Shown piece by piece: positions 1-10,214 of a DNA stretch of 64,000 nucleotides (its first letter is position 1; each line of letters begins with the position of its first letter). Source of the DNA: Octopus vulgaris (lineage: Eukaryota). The stretch is taken from the NCBI GenBank assembly GCA_951406725.2, contig OX597826.1, forward strand, positions 40,796,001 to 40,860,000, written 5' to 3'. The notes beneath the pieces are model-generated. The model saw nothing but the letters and a program-made list of their open reading frames with translations. It ran no database searches and was not told the origin of the DNA. The translations under genes were made by a program, and so were the position numbers.

Positions 1-20
1 TATAGATGTAGGTACGTACA

Positions 21-73
<53 letters not shown>

Positions 74-302
74 TAATAAATAAAATATATGCATACATAC
101 AAACATATATGTACGTACCGACATCTACATGTATATATACATGCATATATAAATATATATAAGTACAGGACACCACAAAAAGACGTAAAACTCAACAGAA
201 ACGAAAACGGAAAAGCCATTTTGTTACAACAGAAGGACAGAGACGTGGAACAGGACGAAAACGGGAAAAACATTATGTACAACAGAAAAACGAGGTACAG
301 GA

Positions 303-425
303 AAAATTCCCTTCATCAGCTGTCACTAGCAGACATAGCGTGTTTCGAAGGCAAGACAGGACACGTCTGGTCATGCTAGGCCTTCCTACGAGAGAATTAA
401 AATAAAATAACCTCGCAGAGGGGTA
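303..425 (-). ncRNA. Candidate non-circularly permuted hammerhead ribozyme, copy 1 (core intact, GUC site)
   Basis: Minus strand reads ctagcatgac-caga-CGTG-TC-CTGTC-ttgc-CTTC-GAAA-CACG-ctat-gtctgctag-t-GACAG-CTGATGA-A-GGGA. Stem III CGTG/CACG, stem I CTGTC/GACAG, weak stem II GGG/TTC, extra helix ctagca(t)gac/gtctgctag. Predicted cut between 360 and 359. Confidence 0.65.
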
Positions 426-1024
426 AAACAAGCAAGAAAAAATGTAACACAAAAAGGGACGTAACAGAGAACTGCACAATAAAATACAAGAAAAAAATAC
501 AAAATTAAAGATATATGTACAAGAAAATACAAAACGAGAAATAAATTACAATACGAGAAATCAAAATAAACAAGAGAACAACGAAAAAGACCAACGGAAG
601 GCCTTTGTTCTGGCAGGGACGGAAGAGGTAACTGGCGAGCGCTGGGAAACATGACCTTAGGGCCTGAAGGCAACGTACGAAAGGATTAGCAGTGACGAAA
701 GTGAGGAGGAGTGGGAGAGAGAGAGAGACAGATAGAGGAAGACACGCGGCTGAGAGAAGGGTGAGGAAGAGGGAGAGAGAGAAAGAGAGAGGGGAAGGCA
801 AAGCAAAGGGAGAGAATTTTCGCGTCATAATATTAAACTATAAAACAAACTGAGAGGATAGAGACGGAACGAAGTGAAAATTCGAAAAATCGAAAATTCA
901 AACGAACCCGACGCGAGGACAGCACAAATAAACGTAGAACACAACGAGAAACGAAAACATAAAAACAAACTAGGAAACGGACTTTTTTTAACAACGAAAA
1001 AACAGAGTACAAGACAAACAATAC

Positions 1025-1155
1025 AAGGAATATTCTCCTTCATCAGCTGTCCCTGGTTCGACTCAATGCGTGTTTCGAAGGTAAGGACAGAACACGATCC
1101 GGTCGAAATAGTCCTTCCTGCAAAAGAATTAAATAAAATTCTTTTGCAGAGGGGT
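1025..1155 (-). ncRNA. Candidate non-circularly permuted hammerhead ribozyme, copy 2 (core intact, GUU site)
   Basis: Minus strand reads ttcgac-cggat-CGTG-TT-CTGTCC-ttac-CTTC-GAAA-CACG-cattga-gtcgaa-ccag-GGACAG-CTGATGA-A-GGAG. It is preceded by a perfect 13-bp hairpin (1118-1149, ctgcaaaagaatt/aattcttttgcag). Confidence 0.65.
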
Positions 1156-1723
1156 AAAACAAGGAAAGAAAAAAAGTGACAAGAACAGGACGTAAAAGCA
1201 ATACAAATAAAAATACAGTACACATAAAGAATAAAAACAGGACAATGAAACCAACATTGAGGGCTTTTTTTAAGCCTAGACAATGGAAAAATTCGGAGCG
1301 CAATTTAGAATCGACTTTCTAGAGACAGAAAAAGTCGATGTTGACTTGCAGAAAGCTACGAGCAAAAGAAAGATAGTAGTCCACTCAGCAGAGAGAGAGA
1401 TGAGGAGGAGTGAGAGAGAGAGAGGAAAGGAAACCAGAAAGGGTGAAAAATAAGGAGAGATACAGGTAGAGAGGAAGACAGACAGGAAGGAAAGGTCAAG
1501 TAAAGGGTTAGAGAGTGCGCGTCAATGCACATATATATGTCTATACATATATATGTGTGTGTATATGTATACGGACATTTATACACGCGCGCTCGCGCAC
1601 ACATACACACACGAGTAAGCACACAAATGCAAATCAAGAGAGAAACAAATATTACTCGAATACCTACGGTTAAGTAATATAGTTTTTTTTACTAAAGCGA
1701 CAAAAACAGCAGAAGAGTTTCAC

Positions 1724-1818
1724 GTTTGCGTTCGTCAGACAGCCGTGATCAAGACTGGAATAAAATTTTATTCTTGATCACCACTCCGTCGAACGAGAAC
1801 GTGAAACTCTGAGTCACA
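1724..1818. repeat. Short foldback made of two partial minimal type I hammerhead motifs (PLE-like junction)
   Basis: Left half on minus: ctgt-CTGACGA-acg-caaa-cgt-GAAA-ctc. Right half on plus: ccgtcga-acg-agaa-cgt-GAAA-ctc-t-gag-TC-acag. Joined by the inverted repeat gtgatcaaga...tcttgatcac. Confidence 0.55.
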
Positions 1819-2580
1819 GATTCTTGTGATGTTTCTGCAGCTGTAATTTTAAAAATGTGTGTGTATGTATGTATGTATGTATGTATGTATGTATGTATGT
1901 ATGTATGTATGTGTGTAGGTAGGTAGGTAGGTATGTATGTATGCATGCATCTATGTATATATAGATAGATAGTTATACACACACACATATATATATATAT
2001 ACATATATATATATACATATATATATACACATATAAAAACATATATATATATATGCATATATACATACAAATATATACATACATATATATATACATACAT
2101 ACATACATACATATATATATATACGTATAGTGTAATTATTCCGCTATATGTATATGCAAGTGTATATATATATACATATATGTATTGTTTATACTATTAC
2201 TTAACTGAACGTCACGCATCCATTTCTAAGTAAATTTATCTCAATCTTTTTGATGCAACTCTATACTGTTTTCTCCCCTTCACCGTTTTCTCTCTCTCTC
2301 TCTCCCCACCCTTTCTCTTTTCTCTCTGTCGTTGTTCACACGTGACCATGGCCCATCATTCTTTTTCTCACGTGATCATCTTTCTTTTCCTTCAGGACTG
2401 GACATATTCTACCTCTCTCTTCTATCTTTTCTCATTTCAAAGAAAATATTTCTCCAGCGTTCGCTATTTTACACTCGTTTTGTTCTAACGACACTCTATG
2501 TTTATTTTCGTTCGGTTTCCCTGTATGTGTCTGCCGTCCTGTTTTTGTTTCCCTGTATGTGTCTGCCGTCCTGTTTTTGA

Positions 2581-2705
2581 CCCTCCATAAATCCAAAATT
2601 ATATTTTGGTACCTATGGGAGCAACTGTCTTCGAAAACTCATATTGTCGTTCAGTGCTCAAAATAAGGAGTATATAGACAGCCGACAACTAATGAAGGGT
2701 TGTTC
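2581..2705 (+). ncRNA. Decayed copy 3 of the permuted hammerhead motif
   Basis: ctgtct-tcgaaa-ACTCA-TA-TTGTCG-ttcagt-GCTC-aAAA-TaagGAGT-atat-agacag-c-CGACAA-CTaATGA-A-GGGT. Same strand order and same upstream CCCTC+hairpin as copies 1 and 2, but different helix sequences. Two core G>A changes. Confidence 0.5.
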
Positions 2706-4131
2706 TTTGTGAATGTTAAGGTGTCGGCTTATTTTGATAGCTTATTATAACCATTACTACCCAATTGGTACTCATTCAGTCAGGGCCGTTCCTACCGAGT
2801 TGGAATAACACTACACTTCTCGGGCAACCTCTGCACAGTAAAAATTGATATGGTACGAGAGGACCAGTGACGATGGTGGGAGAAGGAAAGAAAAGCTAAG
2901 GACATGGGAAGAAAAGAAAGGGAAGAAAAAGAAGGGGAAAAAAAGAAAAGAAAATGAGAGAAAGGGAAAGATTTGCGACGAGCTACAGCAGAGCATAAGG
3001 GAGTGGAGAAGATATGAAGTAAATACTAGACCATAATGAGATGTATACGTTAGGAAGCCCGGATGTTATTCAGGGGTCACCGATGTCTAGACACATTGAA
3101 TTTGGAACAGGAATATGCTTTAAAAATCTTGCAACTTAATGAATAAACAAGAAAATTCGCAATATGTAAACAAGAAGAGAGAGTTTTATCTAGAACATTT
3201 CAACTTTCCAAAGGCACACAAGTTACATTTGCTGTAGTACTACTCGTCATTTGACAGTTTTATCCATTTGGATGACGGGTTTCCAATTCCTTACACTTCC
3301 AACAACCAAATATATTTTGACAATGAGGCTGAAATTCATTTAATCCTGTCTAATATATATGATAAATTCATTTCCTTCCCAGGCATGTATTGCTGAGGAA
3401 ACAATTGGCTGTTTTACCTATGGTTGCATTCTCACTTGGATTCCTTCATACTGTTTCTAGCTACTTTATTGTGGATAAATATCTAGGACCTTGTGTTACT
3501 CAGGCAATTAAAGGCAGTTATAAATTATGTCACTGAATCTTTATTTATCTACGAGAATCCTGTGATGAGCATAATAGGTTTTCGAGAGCGACAAACTCAC
3601 ATACATTCATAATCATTTTGTACTATCCTACCAACATAGAAATTTTGGGTTACAACCAAGTTGTCAGTTGTGTCACATTGGCAAACTGTTTAATTTATTA
3701 AAGAATTCTGAATGTTTAGATGTAAGTTCTGAGCTTTGTCATCGCGTAAACACAGTCCCAACTCGTTATTATCAACTATAAATTTTTAAAGTCTAGCACT
3801 TAAGCAATTATTGGCAACAACAGGATTTCGCCTCCATCTTTTACATTCCTACTTCCGTTTTAAGAAAAATCCTTCTCTAAAACTTGTTTTTCTTTAAACA
3901 TTTAAACTATTTCCCTTGCACGTATCATACATTTTAGATATGATTTTCTATCCTTGTCCTCGTATACTATTCATTCATATTTTTATTCATATACACCCTT
4001 CAAAAGCAATTTATTTCCATTTTCTATGTCTACGTATTTTATTTCTCCCAACCCTTTTTTCAATATGTCCTTCAAAAGAGCGGTTACTATGTGTCAAAGA
4101 ATTAAGGCCAAAAAGCAGTCAAACAAGACTT

Positions 4132-4598
4132 TGGCTGTGTAGTTAAAAAAGCTCACTTTGCAACCAAGTGGTTTCGGGTTCCATCCCATTGCACAGCACC
4201 TTAGGCAAGTGTCTTCTCCTATAGCCCCAAAGTGACCAATGCTTTGTTAGTGAATTCGGTAGACGGAAACTGTGTTGAACCCGTTGTAAAATTATAAAAC
4301 CTTGTAAGTGGATTTGCTGGAAGGAAACTGAAAGAAGCCTGTAGTTTATATTTATGTGTGTGTGTATATGTGTGCGTATATATATGTATGTTTCTGTATG
4401 TGTTTGTCCCACCACTTCATAGCCGGTGTTGGTGTGTATACACCTCAATAACTAAGCGGTTCGGCAAAAAGAGACCGATTGAATAAGTACCAGACTTTTA
4501 AAAAAATGTCCTGGGATAGATTAGTTCGACTAAAACCATTGAAGGTGATGCCCCAGCAAGGCCGAAGTCATATGACTGAAACAAGTAAAAGATAAAAG
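4132..4598 (+). mobile_element. tRNA-derived SINE family A, diverged near-full copy
   Basis: A-box-like TGGCTGTGTAG, B-box-like GGTTCCATCCC, body ggcaagtgtcttc...gtagacggaaactg, internal (TG)n, tail gactgaaacaagtaaaagataaaag. Collinear with 23614-24037. Confidence 0.85.
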
Positions 4599-4605
4599 CT
4601 AAGAT

Positions 4606-4680
<75 letters not shown>

Positions 4681-5110
4681 TATATATATATATACATATA
4701 TATATATCGAACATTCACACACATACACACACAAACACGCGAATAAAATTACTCAAAAAATATTTCAAAGAAGAAAAAATAAGGAAATTGGCAGCACTCA
4801 AAGTGAAAAAAACATCCGGTAGTGTTGTTGTTATTGTAGTTGTCGTTGTTGTTGTTGCTTTTACTGTTGCTGCTGCTACTACTGCTGCTGCTGCTATTGT
4901 TGTTGTATGTAACATTATAAGCTTTACTGGCAGTCTCCGAATATAAACTGTTTATCCGAAAATGGGGAACGGCACAACCAGTCAAGTAGCGTTCCAGTTT
5001 ACCTTTAACAGCCTCCGTTTAATCTGGTCACTGTCGAAGCACGTGGGAAACATCAGTGACGAAAGAACAAACTTCCTTCTATCACCTCCCCCCTCCCTCT
5101 CTCTCTATCT

Positions 5111-5114
<4 letters not shown>

Positions 5115-5161
<47 letters not shown>

Positions 5162-5209
5162 TATATACATATATATATATATATACATATATATATACAT
5201 ATACATATA

Positions 5210-5243
<34 letters not shown>

Positions 5244-5268
5244 CATATACATATACATACATATATAC

Positions 5269-5317
<49 letters not shown>

Positions 5318-5484
5318 TACACATATACATATATACACATATACATATATACACATATACATATATACACATATACATATATACACATATACATATATAC
5401 ATATATACACATATACATATATACATATATACATATATACATATATACATATATACATATACATATATATATATATATATATAT
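5115..5484. repeat. Compound (TA)n/(TACA)n microsatellite
   Basis: Directly visible; source of the YI/HT-rich spurious ORFs. Confidence 0.95.
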
Positions 5485-6699
5485 AACACTCACACATTCA
5501 CACTCTCCCTTTTTCAGACTCTCTCTCCTCTCTTTTCTTCTCTCCTTCCTTCTTTCTCTCTCTTTCTCTCTTTTTCTGTAATACATTAACGTAGCCATTA
5601 TCTCAACCGTCATTTCGCTCGTTATAATAAAGCATTTCATAACATTACAATTTCATACAGAGAGACGTAGAGAATGAGAAATATAGCGCTAGATATCTTT
5701 AAAATACTACTGCTGTTAGAGAGAAGGAAAAGAAGGAAAGGGAGGTAGAGAGAGGAGAAAGGAAAGAGAGAGAGAGTAAGAGAGAGAAAGAGAGAGAAAG
5801 AAAGAGAGAAAGAAAGAGAGAAAGAGAGAGAGAACGAAAGAGAGAGAGAAAGAAAGAGAGAGAGAGAGAGAAGCTGACAGCCCGATATAGACAATTGGTA
5901 AACTTCTAAGTTCAGATTCTTTTGTCTAAAGTGTATGCTTTCGACAATTACAACTCCACCATCTTAAAAAAAATATGTGTGTAGGTATTTATATGAATGT
6001 TGTGTACTTTAGCAATGATTGGTGAGCACGAAATACCTGGTTCGATTCCTGATAACGGACCCGTTGTTGTTTTTTATTTTATCTTTTCAATTTCAGTTTT
6101 ATTATATCCGACATTATTCGATCTTCATGACTCACCAATCACTTTCTAAACAAATCAAATCACCCAACGAATATTCAGATATCACCACTCCGATAGTGAC
6201 TCACCATATTTCAAACCAATCCGATCAGCCAACATCCACAAACCACCTGCTATACACACACACTCGCACTCACATACACACACATACAGACATTCTCTCA
6301 CACACATACACACACACTCATACACGCGCGTGCTTCTAGAACTAGACAAGACCTCTCATTTTTCTCTTATTTTTCTATGGCCTGATGAACCGTAATTAGA
6401 AACCGACAGTTACTGTAATCAATCGTTACATGCATTAGCCATTTTATTTTATACACTTTACCGAACGCTCTTATTCTTATGTCGTTGTTGCAGTTATTGC
6501 TTTTGGTGTGTGTGTGTGTGTGTGTGTGTGGTGTCTGCGTGCGTGCCTGTGCATGAGTGTACGTGTGTGTATGTGTGTGCGTGTTTGTGCCGAAAAAAGA
6601 CATTTCTTTCCCCTATACCGTATGATGATTTCCTCTCTGGCAGCAGCAGTCAGTTTGAATAAAAAATACGTCATCGTCATTGTCATCACTTTATCTCTC

Positions 6700-6861
6700 T
6701 TACTCTTTTACTCTTTTACTCTTTTACTTGTTTCAGTCATTTGACTGTGGCCATGCTGGAGCACCGCCTTTCAGCGAGCAACTCGACCCCGGGACTTATT
6801 CTTTTGTAAGCACAGTACTTATTCTATCGGTCTCTTTTGCCGAACCGCTACGTAACGGGGG
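6700..6861 (-). mobile_element. SINE family A, 3' part
   Basis: (ctcttttа)n-type tail then cttgtttcagtcatttgactgtggccatgctggagcaccgcc; nearly identical to 41291-41450. Confidence 0.85.
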
Positions 6862-7240
6862 AAAAGCCAAGGCTTTCATGCTTGCATGGGTTGGACGGGT
6901 TTTCTACCACAGCACCGCAGTACACTTTTTGGAGTCCTTTGTCATCTCCTTCATAAGGTTCAGCCTCTCCAGATCAGTATTAGTGGTTTATTCTCATATC
7001 ATCTTTGATCTTCAACTCCGGCCGGTTCCTTCGGTTTGCAACAGTTGGTACTTCCTTACCCAGCTGACTGCCACCCCCTGACGCATCACATGCCGGTCAG
7101 TTCAGCTTTCTCTCTTCCATCTTCAATCTATTTATTTTTGTAGCATTGATCATGGTCACCAAAAACCAACTGCTTTAACACATTCTCGAAGTTCAGTGCC
7201 TGTGTTTTGCTTCCAAGCAACATTGCACTTCGTACTTACT
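6862..7240 (-). mobile_element. Probable decayed RTE-type LINE 3' end
   Basis: Minus strand encodes DLERLNLMKEMTKD..., then KTRPTHASMK after a frameshift, resembling RTE ORF C-termini; heavily decayed. Confidence 0.4.
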
Positions 7241-7289
7241 CAAGTATCATACAACACACCCTTCACTCGAGCAGAGAATGCCTTCGTTA

Positions 7290-7452
7290 CTCTTATATTC
7301 CTTCTGAGCTAGTGGCGTACATTGGCTGGTAATATGCCATACGGTTTCACTGTTTTGTCCACAGATTCTGCACTTATCACTTTCTACTGCGTTGTCTATT
7401 CTGTATTTTATGTAGTTTGTTCTTAGTGCTTGCTCTTGGGCAGCAAAGATTA
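7290..7452 (-). mobile_element. R4/Dong-type (RLE) non-LTR retrotransposon fragment
   Basis: IFAAQEQALRTNYIK...CRICGQNSETVWHITSQCTPLAQKEY is the CCHC knuckle region of R4/Dong ORFs; abuts (TAA)n. Confidence 0.8.
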
Positions 7453-7455
7453 TCA

Positions 7456-7496
<41 letters not shown>

Positions 7497-7605
7497 GTTG
7501 TTGTTGTTTTTGTTGTTGTTGTTGTTGTTGTTTTGTTGTTGTTGTTTTGTTGTTGTTGTTGTTGTTTTGTTGTTGTTGTTGTTGTAGTCGTCGTCGTCGT
7601 CGTCG

Positions 7606-7643
<38 letters not shown>

Positions 7644-8197
7644 GAGTGAGAGAGCAGTGCATGCCATCAAAGTGACACTGGGGTAAAATATACGAAGCCC
7701 AATATACCCATCATGACTACCCGTCTGATAAAGGTACACCAGGCACATGCATCACAACCATATGTGCGCGACATGGTGATCTCATATCAAGATAAACAGC
7801 ACATGACCTTGCAGGTGGGGCCCAGTTAGAATTTTCTTCAGGTTGAGTAGCCCATCCCGCTCAAACGGTCCCTGAATAAGGGTTGTTTAAGGATGTTGAA
7901 AGAACCACCCATGTTTCCAGAGGTGAATTATTCAAACCCCAAAGAATTCCCCCCAACACATGGCCATGATGCTCCCCCACTACTTCTGCTCGTGATCAGA
8001 GATGCACATATCGTCAGCCACTAAGGGACATGCTCAACAGGTTAAGGTCAAACAACTGACAAGCAAATCTGTGGTATTGAGCAGAATATTTGCTGTAGCC
8101 CATCTTTTATACCAAGACAAAACAATGTACATGATAACACTTCCAATCAGTTAAGATCAGAAGCCATGAGAGCCACTGCCTGGTACTGCATCAGGGC

Positions 8198-8198
<1 letters not shown>
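7644..8198 (-). mobile_element. ~555-bp non-coding interspersed repeat ('element X') flanked on both sides by (TAA)n
   Basis: Sharp boundaries into (ATT)n at both ends. A diverged partial copy at 44548-44834 shares the terminus ...gctctctcact followed by a trinucleotide run. Confidence 0.75.
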
Positions 8199-8262
<64 letters not shown>

Positions 8263-8263
<1 letters not shown>

Positions 8264-9828
8264 ATGTTTGACTTTTGCTTTGTATTTGTACAGGTTGACT
8301 CCAAGTCTTGCCCAGAGACCTCGGGACAAGTTAGAATTTCAAGTTGGTATTATAACTAGGGTGTCATATATTTGGTTTTACACACAGTATTGTTCTATAG
8401 AATGTTTAAGAAAACAAGAAAATTATAAGTTTGTTTTAAAATTTGAGATTACATAGACAGTATTTTACGTAAGATATGGACAGTTCCCATGAGCACTATC
8501 TTTTGAATTTCTGCCATTTTGGAGTTTCTTAGCATCTGAGCTAGGTAGGAATCAGCCCATCTTGCTATCCTTCTTTGGGCACCTATAACAACAGGTATTG
8601 TTTTAGTCTTGAGGTTCCACATTTTGCCAATTTCTGTTTCAAGATTTTTTATACTTGCTCAGTTTTTGGTAGGTCTTGACAGATATATTTATGTCGACTG
8701 GAACAGTCAAATCAATGAGGAAGCATGAATTTTGTCTGAAGTCTTTCAATATAATATCTGGCCTATTCGCATCTATCTTTCAGCCAGTTTGAACAGCGAG
8801 GTTCCAGAGGAGTGAGATGTGATCATTTTCAAGCACTGGAGGTGGCTTGTGTTCCCCCCCAGTTTTTATCATGGGGCATGTCCAGGTTTTTGCAAATTAC
8901 CCAGTGAATATACTGTGCTGCTCTATCATGCCTGTTGAGATATTCTGTTGGCTACTACCGTTCTTTAATATGTTGACCTGGTAGTTCCTTGGGCTTCTAT
9001 GATAAAACCTGTTTCTGATTTTAAACCAGAAGACACTAATAATTGATGGGTAAGGGCTTTGTCAACATCAGAATTATTAGCTCCCTTTTGATATTTTCCA
9101 TTGAGAGGTTTTCTTGCCATTTATCAGTAAGAATACCTAAGGCAGCAGTTTTAGCACGGGTTTTCATACGCTTAACTTTTTCTGTGCTCGTTTCTAGTAC
9201 GTCTAATTCTAGAATTTGTTGTATTTAGAACTCACTTAGATATTCTTTTGCTTGTTTTATTACTGAGTATGATGCTTTCTTGCTTTCATGCTTTGAAACA
9301 AGTTTTAACATCCAGTCCTCAGAGTTTTTCAGGTAGATGTCTAGGCCAATTGCGGCAATATTCTTGTTAGTTCCAGTTGTAAAAGTTCACGACCACCCTC
9401 TTTTCTTGGTAGGTAAAGTCGTTCTATATCTGCCATTTCGTATTTTTCTGTCAAGATAACATATTTCAGTAATTGACCAGTTAATGATATTGAAACTGTA
9501 AGTCACGACCGGTATGGCCAAAGTATTGATCGCTTCAATCCTGTTTCTTGCATTCAGCTCTGTCTTGAGTATTGCCCTTATCCTGCGGTGACATTCTCTT
9601 CTGATCCTTTCCCTCATCATTGAATGTTTGATTCCATCACCTTCAAATACCCGTAGGTATTTGTAGCTCTCCGCTGGTTCTAACTCCTTTATGACATTCT
9701 GCTGGTCAAGATTAACGTTGGATGTTTCTGTCATTTTTCTTTAGATAAAGGTGGCTTTTGCACATTTATCGAAGCCAAACTGCAACCTGATGTCACCACT
9801 GAATTGTTTAAAAATTGTTAGTAAGCCC

Positions 9829-9829
<1 letters not shown>
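8263..9829 (-). mobile_element. R4/Dong-type RLE LINE, 5'-truncated and decayed
   Basis: Minus-strand peptides FDKCAK, YKYL, LNARNRIEAINTLAIPVVTYSF, RHDRAAQYIHW, RPDIILKD, MWNLKTKTIPVVIG. 3' end runs into (TAA)n. Confidence 0.85.
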
Positions 9830-9874
<45 letters not shown>

Positions 9875-9902
9875 ATCATCATCATCATCATCATCATTAT
9901 TA

Positions 9903-10118
9903 AGGCAGCGAACTGACAGAACCGTTAGCATGCCGGGCAAAACGCTTAGCGGTATTTCGTCCGTCTTTACGTTCTGAGTTCAAATTCCGCGGTAGTCGGC
10001 TTTAATTCTTTCGGGGTCGATAAATTAAGTACCAGTGAAACGCTGGGGTCTATGTAATCGACTAGTCCCCTCCCTCACAAATTTCAGGCTTTGTGCCTTT
10101 CGTAGAAAGGATTATTAT
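9903..10118 (+). mobile_element. tRNA-derived SINE family B (short-tail subfamily)
   Basis: ggcagcgaactgacagaaccgttagc head, B-box GAGTTCAAATTC, tttcggggtcgataaattaagtaccag core, (ATT) tail. Confidence 0.85.
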
Positions 10119-10144
10119 TTTTAATATCGTCGTCCTCATTATCG

Positions 10145-10176
<32 letters not shown>

Positions 10177-10214
10177 GTCATCATCATCTCCATCATCGTC
10201 ATCATCATCATCAT

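Noticed and set aside
2628-2700. Conventional type II HHR using cttcGAAAactcaTA
   Set aside because: Stem III cannot form; the permuted parse explains four helices and matches copies 1 and 2.
5025-5062. gtcaCTGTCGA...GAAACATCagtgac HHR-like string
   Set aside because: Core mutated, stem II absent, stem I out of register; just a short inverted repeat.
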